Below, piece by piece: positions 57,777-64,000 of a DNA stretch of 64,000 bases. The stretch lies in the NCBI RefSeq assembly GCF_041903755.1, contig NZ_JBBWVE010000021.1, positions 6,167 to 70,166 on the forward strand, given 5' to 3'. The position numbers were made by a program, and so were the translations under genes. The DNA comes from Thiocapsa sp. C3-3m. Its GTDB lineage: Bacteria; Pseudomonadota; Gammaproteobacteria; Chromatiales; Chromatiaceae. Position 1 is the first letter of the stretch. Each line of letters starts with the position of its first letter. The notes beneath the pieces were generated by a model. The model saw only the letters and a list, made by a program, of their open reading frames with translations, was not told where the DNA came from and did not search any database.

Positions 57777-58403
57777 TTAGGCCGCCAGCCGATCCAACCC
57801 CAACCCGAGCAGACGATCATCGAACAGGCCCTCCTTGCGACGTGCGGCCGCGTTGCCGGCGGGCCACTCGCGCAGGCCCTTGCGTAGTCCTTCGATCGTG
57901 GCTTCCGCGCGCTCGTGTACCAGCAGCCAGTCGACCGTGGCAAGCAGCTCCATACCGAGCGGAGACTCGAACCCGTCGATGACCTCGCTCAGCCGCGCGA
58001 GCGCCGGTTGATAATCCGCAGCCGGCGCGCTCGCCAGATATTCCGCCAACGCAGCACGGCGTTCGTCTCGAAAATAGATGCGGTCCAATGGTCCGGCGTC
58101 GGCAAGCCGCTTCTCGCTGGTCAGCCAGGCACCATCCAGGTCGTTCAGCAGATGTCTCAAGCGATCCGAATAGGGACCGTAACGATCGGCCTTGAACTGC
58201 ATGCGCAAGGGATCTCTCAGTCCCAAGGACGTCACGCAGCGCTCGATAAAATAGGCGAGCTTCTGGACCTCGAGTATCGAACACTCGATGCCCAAGACCG
58301 AGTAACGTCGCACGGCCTCCGCAACGAGTGCGCGCGCCGGCGTCAACCTCTCGCTGCCGCTGCGCTTTCGCGGGGTAGAGTAGGTCTGGGTCGGCTCGAA
58401 CAA
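57777..58403 (-). pseudogene. DUF4065/Panacea-like (SocA-type) domain ORF, apparently 5'-truncated
   Basis: SILEVQKLAYFIERCVTSLGLRDPLRMQFKADRYGPYSDRLRHLLNDL...GFESPLGMELLATVDWL. No ATG at the ORF head (TTG right after a stop). I recall this module as the C-terminal half of macro-domain proteins found in hsd loci. It ends 16 nt before hsdR 5' copy 2. Confidence 0.4.
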
Positions 58404-58441
58404 TTTCTAGACCTCGGAGATGTCGGAAATGCCCCAGGAAT

Positions 58442-58687
58442 TCACGGATCAACTCGGATTTCATCGAAGCCCTTTGACAGTGTCCGGCCTTGAGCGGATT
58501 GCCGCAACGCATCTCGCGCAAGCTCCGACAATCTATCCTGCGGCTGCTGCAGAGTCGTCTGCCAGGCCAATTCATTCTCGATATCCTGGAGCCATTGATC
58601 GGCCATTTCGTCCTGAATCTCTAAAGGCAAGGCCGATGCCCACTGAATCACCTGCTCTAGTCGAGTCATGCCGATATCCCTGGTCAC
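58442..58687 (-). CDS. small antitoxin-like hypothetical protein
   Basis: 81 aa, acidic, helical (RLEQVIQWASALPLEIQDEMADQWLQDIENELAWQTTLQQPQDRLSELARDALRQSAQGRT). It resembles short antitoxin-type proteins, but I cannot assign a family. Confidence 0.35.
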   Translation of the reverse strand: MTRDIGMTRLEQVIQWASALPLEIQDEMADQWLQDIENELAWQTTLQQPQDRLSELARDALRQSAQGRTLSKGFDEIRVDP

Positions 58688-58965
58688 TTGTGAAAAAGGG
58701 AAAAGCGAGAAGGAACCGGTCCGAGGTGCGGCGGGATCGCGTTTCGCGACGGACGGCCGGCACCGCCCGGAGTCGTCAGCTTTGGTGTAAGTCTACACCG
58801 GAGGCCCGGCGGTAGCATCTGATCGCAGGTCGGGTTGCGCGGTCACGCGAGAAGGGTCCGGGCAACTGCTCTCCGGGACACCGGCCGGTCTCCAGGATGG
58901 GGGTTCTGTCGGGTGAGCGAAGCGCCACCGTGTGGATACTGTCCTAACGCTGCTGATCGGTCGGC

Positions 58966-59148
58966 CTACCGCGAAAGGTCGGGCGAGCCCGCGCCGGCCT
59001 GCGGCTCGGCCGCCAGCAAAGCCTCGATCTCGTCTTTACGGGATTCGAGACCGAGGCGGTCGATCACATGCTCTTCCGGAATCTCTTCAAGCATGCGCTC
59101 GATGGCGCCTTTTTCCGCCTGAAGAAACCGATACTCCTGAAGCGTCAT
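58966..59148 (-). pseudogene. truncated paralogue of cargo gene B (N-terminal about 49 codons)
   Basis: MTLQEYRFLQAEKGAIERMLEEIPEEHVIDRLGLESRKDEIEALLAAEP versus MNLGEYRQLQAELGSLEQMIASTPDDFVIERLGLESRKADIEHLLAAHP. It has its own GGGAGG RBS. Confidence 0.55.
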
Positions 59149-59177
59149 GGCTGACCTCCCTCGGCGGTCGCAAGTGC

Positions 59178-59290
59178 GGCCCGTGCGGACAGCTCCGATG
59201 GGATAATGCTCGGGCCTTGTTCCAGGACCTTCGAGCCCGGCGGGTCGAGCTGGTCGCGGAAGCGCCTTTCGACGTGAAGATCCTCAGACA
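59178..59290 (-). pseudogene. third, more diverged hsdR 5' fragment directly after hsdS
   Basis: MSEDLHVERRFRDQLDPPGSKVLEQGPSIIPS.. versus MSEYLHVEKPFLDQLAALGWKAIDQGQGIIPS... About 70-75% DNA identity by eye. Its ATG lies 1 nt after the hsdS stop. Confidence 0.5.
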
Positions 59291-60470
59291 TTTGCCGCGA
59301 CCTCCACAGGCACTATGGTTGCGTTCGCGCTCGCAAGAACTCTTCCTGAAAGGAGGTCGGTCATGAGGCCGTGTTTGAGTTTCCTTAGTTTGTCGCGCTC
59401 CAGTATCAGCAAGTGAATTTCATCGTTATGAGCAAGAAGGATCTCGGCTATCATGCGCTGCTCATTGATCGGAGCAAGAGGCACCTGCAAGGCTTTCAAT
59501 TGCGCCGTGTTGATGCCTTCTCGTGTGCCTCGGCCCTTGTCACGCTCGACCTGCCGCTTGACGATTTCTCCATTGAAAGCGGCCTCGATAAAAAGGGGCG
59601 CACACTTGCAGCAGTCAAGGGCAACGCGAATGATGTGATAGTTGATAAGGCAGCCATCAACGAGATTCGTCGCCAGCGCATTGCGCCCCGTTGTCGCTCC
59701 TTGTCGCGCGAAAAGCAGATCGCCGGCTCTCACAACGTAGCGCGCAAGCTCTCGCGCCTTGCTCGGCGTCACGAATAGCAGCTCGGAAAGCTCAAGATAC
59801 CCTGCCTGAACATTGCCGATTCTCAGAACGGGAACCCCGTCGTCCACGAAATCGTCGTTACCGAGATCTGCCCCGAACGGACCGGTAAGAATCGGCTGCC
59901 TCTTCTCATCCGCGACATCAAGAAGCGAGCCCGTGACCCAGCCTTGAGGCAGCAAACCGAACTGGGTGCGGGAACACCGGATCGCGGGCTTAAGCTGACC
60001 GTCCGAGGCCACCCCTCGGGTGAAGAGGTCGTGCATCAGGCCCGCCTTGATCTGCTGCGTCTTGGCGATGAGCGCTTCTGTTTGTTCGATGGCCTCGTCG
60101 ACCGTCGAGAGGATTTCGGCGATGCGCTGCTGTTGCTCAAAAGAGGGGAAAAGGTCAGACGCCTTGTCGAGATCTCGGACTGAGAGGTGTTTTACAGTAG
60201 TCGCCGCGGTCCTGGCATGAATGCGTGTGAGTGCCAGTCCGTTAGCCGCGTCGCGCTTCCGCTCGATGTCAGTGGCGGTCGTGGCGTACTTGGTGTGGAG
60301 GTTCTCCAGCGCTGCCAAACACGCCCGCTGATCCGCCCGCAGATACAACTCATAGGTCTGCACCAGCAGCCGATGCAGTCGCTCGACGATGACCTTCCGC
60401 GCCTCGTCCCGGTCGATCTTCTCGCGGGCCGCGGCGACCAGGTCTTCTTGCCTCTTCTCGGTGGCACTCA
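59284..60470 (-). pseudogene. hsdS: chimeric remnant: HsdM C-terminal helical tail fused in frame to a single-TRD (half) HsdS
   Basis: ARKVIVERLHRLLVQTYELYLRADQRACLAALENLHTKYATTATDIE (HsdM tail) runs without a stop into PSFEQQQRIAEILSTVDEAIEQTEALIAKTQQIKAGLMHDLFTRG (S central conserved region). One TRD follows (LPQGWVTGSLLDV...GVPVLRIGNVQ...GDLLFARQGATTG), then the distal conserved region PLAPINEQRMIAEIL...LKHGLMTDLLSGRV. Confidence 0.65.
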
Positions 60471-60956
60471 GCCGTGCAGGAGCATGTTCATCTTGCAGAT
60501 GGACCAGGTGGTTCCGATGCTTTCCTGGCCGTAGACGGAGAGATCGCGCGGGTCGCCGCCGATCTTGCGGATGTAGTCGCGCGTCTGGATGAGCATGCCC
60601 CCCGAGCCGCAGGTGGGGTCGTAGACGCTCATGCCCGGCTGCGGCTCGACGATCTCCACGAGTGTGCGGACCACGTCGGCGGGGGTGTAGAACTCGCCGG
60701 CCTTCTTGCCGGCGGAGTCGGCGAAGTACTTGATCAGGTATTCGTAGGCGGCGCCGAGCAGATCGGGGAACTCGAAGTTCTCGTCGCGCAGCGGGATCTT
60801 CTCGAAGTTCTGGATGAAGTTCGACTCGGAGAGCCGCTTCAGGAAGAGCATGCCGAAGATGTATTCCTTGTACTCCGAGGCATCCATGTTGCCGCGCAGG
60901 TCGTCGCAGGCACGGAACAGGAGGTTGGACAGCTGGCTTAAGGTGAGCTTGGTCAT
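60468..60956 (-). pseudogene. hsdM: Type I methyltransferase subunit, N-terminal 162 codons only (catalytic NPPF region deleted)
   Basis: MTKLTLSQLSNLLFRACDDLRGNMDASEYKEYIFGMLFLKRLS...GEFYTPADVVRTLVEIVEPQPGMSVYDPTCGSGGML (AdoMet motif I)...LSVYGQESIGTTWSICKMNMLLHG, then a stop. No NPPF motif occurs anywhere downstream. Confidence 0.75.
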
Positions 60957-61095
60957 GGGGATCCTTGAAAGAGCGGCTCGGACGGAGGGCGCCGCGTCGC
61001 ATGGCTCCGGCATTTCACCGCAGTGTAGGCCGGAGGCGTGCCGAAGCTTCTCAAGGTACCAAACGAAAGGCCGATCGAGCGCCCGCGCGGTGATA

Positions 61096-62793
61096 CTACT
61101 CCAAGACGTAGGTTCCGGGTGCAGCGCAAAGCACCGGATGCTCGGCGGTTCCCAAGGAGGAAGGCGAGACCTGCGGTCCGCAGCGGTCCGACAGCCAACC
61201 CGCCCAGTCGGTCCACCAGGATCCCTGGAGAGGCGTTTGGGTGGCCAGCCAGTCGTCCGGTGCAGTACCGAGCTCGACATCCCCGGACCAATAGCGTCGA
61301 CGCGATTTCGCGGACGGCGGGTTCAGGATGCCTGCCACGTGACCCTCGCTGGAGAGGCTAAAGCGGATCGGGACGCGGACATGGTCGCGGACTCGGAAGA
61401 CCTCTGTCCAGGGAGCGATATGGTCCTGAATGCAGCCGACGGCATAGAGCGGCTGCTCGATGTTGCTCAGTCGGAGCTGGCGCCCGGCGAGCGTCAGGCC
61501 CTGCTCGGACACCAAGCGGTTGTTCAGATAGAGCTCGCGAAGGTAGAAGGAGAGCATCCGTCTGGGCAGTCGCGTCGAGTCGCTGTTCCAATAGAGTACG
61601 TCGGATCGAGAGGGTGCGTCGCCATACAGATAGTTGCGAACGGCGTGATGCCAGATCAGGCTGTCGGAGCGCAACAGCCGAAAGACCGTCTCAGTCACCT
61701 TGCCGTCGAGATAGCCGTCGCGCTCCATCAGGGTCTCGGCCGACTGCACGGCGCCTTCGGAGGTGAAGCGCTCCAGCTCGCCGGGGTTCGAGAAGTCGAC
61801 GAGGGTCGTGAAGAGCGTCCAATGCGCAACCGGGGAAGCAGGTCGGTCGCCGTTGGTCCGCGACGCCGGGTCGGCAAGCCAGGCCATGAGGCTGGCCAAG
61901 GCGGTCCCGCCGATGCAGAAGCCGACCGCGTGGACGGACTCGGTGCCGGCGATGCTCCGCGCTGTTTCAATCGCCTCCAAGGCGCCTTCCAGGACATAGT
62001 CCTCGAACCCGACATCCTGCATCGCCGAGTCGGGATTCTTCCAACTGATCGAGAAGACGGTAAAACCCTGATCGCGCAGCCAAGCCATCAGGCTGCGCTC
62101 GGGGGCGAGATCCAGGATGTAATACTTGTTGATCCAAGGGGTGATGAAGACGATCGGGGTTTGGAACACCCGCTCGGTGCTTGGCGCATACTGAATCAGC
62201 TCCATCAGACGATTGCGGTGAACCACCGCCCCCGGCGTGGCCGCTAAATTCACCCCGACCTGGAAACGGTCCCGATCGACCGTCGCGACCAGTCCCTGCG
62301 TTTCCTGTTGATCCCTCAACCAGTTTGCATAGCCTTTCTGCAGGCTCTCGCCGTCGGTATCGAAACAGCGCTGAACGGCGCCGGGGTTGGCCCAGAAGAA
62401 GTTGCTCGGCGCCAAGGCCCCCGAGACTTGGGCGGACCAGAACCGACAGCGCTCGCGGTGATCGTCGTCCAAGCCGGGTGCGTCCGCGATCGAGGCAGCC
62501 ATCCATTCGGACCAAGCCGCGTGGCTCTCGCGCAGAACCCGATGATTGCGTTTGGCCGCGTCGAGGTACCAGGCTTTTCCGGGCTCGACACCTTGATTGG
62601 GTTCGGATCTGTGCGGGCTGGATGAATCATTCAGGGCACGGCCCATCTCCTCGACGACCGACCGGTTGATCTTGACGGCGGCCTCGGTGAACCGCCTGTG
62701 TAGGCCGGCCGGGTCATACGACCAGGTCTGGGCGAGCTTCAAAAAGCTTGTGGACACGAGCAGAGGGTCCCAAGGCTCGGGATTCGGGATCAT
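61096..62793 (-). CDS. phaC: class I-type poly(R)-hydroxyalkanoate synthase
   Basis: Start MIPNPEPW, 4 nt after the ACP stop. PIVFITPWINKYYILDL, lipase box GFCIGG with catalytic Cys, DHIAPW, and the His region SSEGHVAGILNPP. About 565 aa. Confidence 0.85.
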   Translation of the reverse strand: MIPNPEPWDPLLVSTSFLKLAQTWSYDPAGLHRRFTEAAVKINRSVVEEMGRALNDSSSPHRSEPNQGVEPGKAWYLDAAKRNHRVLRESHAAWSEWMAASIADAPGLDDDHRERCRFWSAQVSGALAPSNFFWANPGAVQRCFDTDGESLQKGYANWLRDQQETQGLVATVDRDRFQVGVNLAATPGAVVHRNRLMELIQYAPSTERVFQTPIVFITPWINKYYILDLAPERSLMAWLRDQGFTVFSISWKNPDSAMQDVGFEDYVLEGALEAIETARSIAGTESVHAVGFCIGGTALASLMAWLADPASRTNGDRPASPVAHWTLFTTLVDFSNPGELERFTSEGAVQSAETLMERDGYLDGKVTETVFRLLRSDSLIWHHAVRNYLYGDAPSRSDVLYWNSDSTRLPRRMLSFYLRELYLNNRLVSEQGLTLAGRQLRLSNIEQPLYAVGCIQDHIAPWTEVFRVRDHVRVPIRFSLSSEGHVAGILNPPSAKSRRRYWSGDVELGTAPDDWLATQTPLQGSWWTDWAGWLSDRCGPQVSPSSLGTAEHPVLCAAPGTYVLE

Positions 62794-62797
62794 GATG

Positions 62798-63037
62798 TCA
62801 CCCGTTTCGGATCTGCTCGATGATCTCTCCGACACTGGTCTCACTGCTGAGCATCTCCTCCGGGATGGTGACGCCGAAGGTTGTGGCCAGATAGGTTTGA
62901 AGATTGACGGCCGACATGGAGTCCCAGCCGGGGATGTCGTCCAGAAGCGTCTCGGACCCGATGATCACATCGGCCGCATCGGGAAACAGCTCTTTGATGC
63001 AGGTCGAGAGTGTGTCGATATTGACGGCGTTGACCAT
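62798..63037 (-). CDS. acyl carrier protein (phosphopantetheine attachment site GWDSMSAV)
   Basis: 79 aa. ETLLDDIPGWDSMSAVNLQTYLATTFGV carries the DS-M/L Ser attachment motif of ACP/PCP domains. Confidence 0.8.
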   Translation of the reverse strand: MVNAVNIDTLSTCIKELFPDAADVIIGSETLLDDIPGWDSMSAVNLQTYLATTFGVTIPEEMLSSETSVGEIIEQIRNG

Positions 63038-63125
63038 GGTTGACTCCGCAGGTGTGTCGATGGATGACGAATGGAACGAGGCTGGTGAGAGCTCGACGGA
63101 CAGCGGCGCGATACACGCGGCTTCG

Positions 63126-64000
63126 TCAGAGTCGGATCAGGTTGGCTCCCCAGGACAGACCCCCTCCGAAGGCAACCGTGACTAGAAGATCACCCTCTTT
63201 GGCCTTCCCCAACGCAATTGCCTCGTCCAGCGCGATCGGAACGGATGCACTTGCGGTATTCCCGTAGCGATCCAGATTCACGAAGAATCGCTCGCGAGGG
63301 ACCTCCAATTGGTCTGCAATCGCATGGATGATGTTGATGTTCGCCTGATGGCTGACGAAGAGGTCGACATCTCCCGCGGCGATACCCGATCGGGTCAAAA
63401 GCTCGCGGATGACCTCCGCGCCTTTCTCGATGGCAAAGGCGTACACCCGTTTTCCGTCCATCTGAAAGTAGGCGGAGCGCGGATTGGTGATCCGATCGAA
63501 GGGCATCATGGTCCCTCCGCCCGGGACACTGATGGTGTCGCACGCGCTCCCGTCGGTGCGCAGCACGGAGTCGAGCACCCCGCGCTCCGAGCCGGCTTCG
63601 AAGAGGATGGCTCCGGCTCCGTCGCCGAAATAGGGAAAGGTCGAGAAATCTTGCTTATTGAGGATCTTGGTATAGAGCTCGGCGGCAATGAAGAGGATGC
63701 GCTCGTAGTTTCCGGATTTGATCAGCGCATCCGCCAGGCTAATGCCGTAGACGCTTCCCGAGCAAACCGAATTGATATCAAACGCGAACGCCCGGCGGGC
63801 ACCCAACAGGTGTTGGACACGTGTCGCGGTCGCCGGCTGAAGGCGGTCGGGCGAGGACGTGGAGACGATGATCCCTTCCAGATCGTCCGGCGCGACCCCG
63901 GCCTTCTCAAGGCAGTCGCGGGCCGCATGCGCGGCGAGATCGGAGGTGCATTCGTCATGGGTTGCGGAGCGTCGCGACAAAACCCCGGTCTTTTCGGAGA
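63126..64000 (-). CDS. 3-oxoacyl-ACP synthase III (FabH-like), 5' end outside window
   Basis: Frame open to the window edge. Active-site Cys in FDINSVCSGSVYGISLA, His in FVSHQANINII, Asn in YGNTASASVPIAL, and a GGGLSWGA tail. Confidence 0.85.
   Translation of the reverse strand, partial: SEKTGVLSRRSATHDECTSDLAAHAARDCLEKAGVAPDDLEGIIVSTSSPDRLQPATATRVQHLLGARRAFAFDINSVCSGSVYGISLADALIKSGNYERILFIAAELYTKILNKQDFSTFPYFGDGAGAILFEAGSERGVLDSVLRTDGSACDTISVPGGGTMMPFDRITNPRSAYFQMDGKRVYAFAIEKGAEVIRELLTRSGIAAGDVDLFVSHQANINIIHAIADQLEVPRERFFVNLDRYGNTASASVPIALDEAIALGKAKEGDLLVTVAFGGGLSWGANLIRL

Noticed and set aside
60814-62247. 477-aa plus-strand ORF across hsdM' and phaC
   Set aside because: It is antisense to two recognised genes and spans their intergenic region, so it is not a plausible protein.

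Overview
High-GC (about 65%) proteobacterial chromosome segment. Gene content suggests a gammaproteobacterium, possibly a purple sulfur bacterium; that guess is inference only. Most of the window is core metabolism and housekeeping: pyruvate kinase, prfB-lysS with the classical RF2 +1 frameshift, hda, wrbA-like, cpdA, rubrerythrin, the aceE-aceF-lpdA pyruvate dehydrogenase operon, cbiZ-like/cbiB, ppk2, a Calx-beta 5'-nucleotidase and pstS. Three loci are PHA-related: a small PHA-system protein; a MaoC-Pta/AckA/FabI/DUF3141/esterase/CoA-transferase cluster; and a FabH-like/ACP/PhaC operon. The intergenic DNA carries at least four short repeat families (REP/MITE-like), and one RAYT-type Y1 transposase gene is present. 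The clearly accessory part is roughly 50.3-61.2 kb, bracketed by a degenerate direct repeat of the phaC 3' end. It holds a heavily eroded Type I R-M locus in which hsdM, hsdS and hsdR all lack their cores. Between hsdS and hsdR there are stacked cargo modules, each followed by its own copy of the hsdR 5' end. The only intact module is a translationally coupled pair: a small nucleotidyltransferase-like protein plus a 311-aa protein with no domain I can recognise. This pair is my best candidate for an undescribed defence or toxin-antitoxin-like system. No rRNA, tRNA or CRISPR was found. CDS ends come from the supplied ORF track and starts were refined by eye (RBS, homology). Repeat coordinates were read by eye and may be off by 1-2 nt. 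Family names are from memory of sequence patterns, not from searches.
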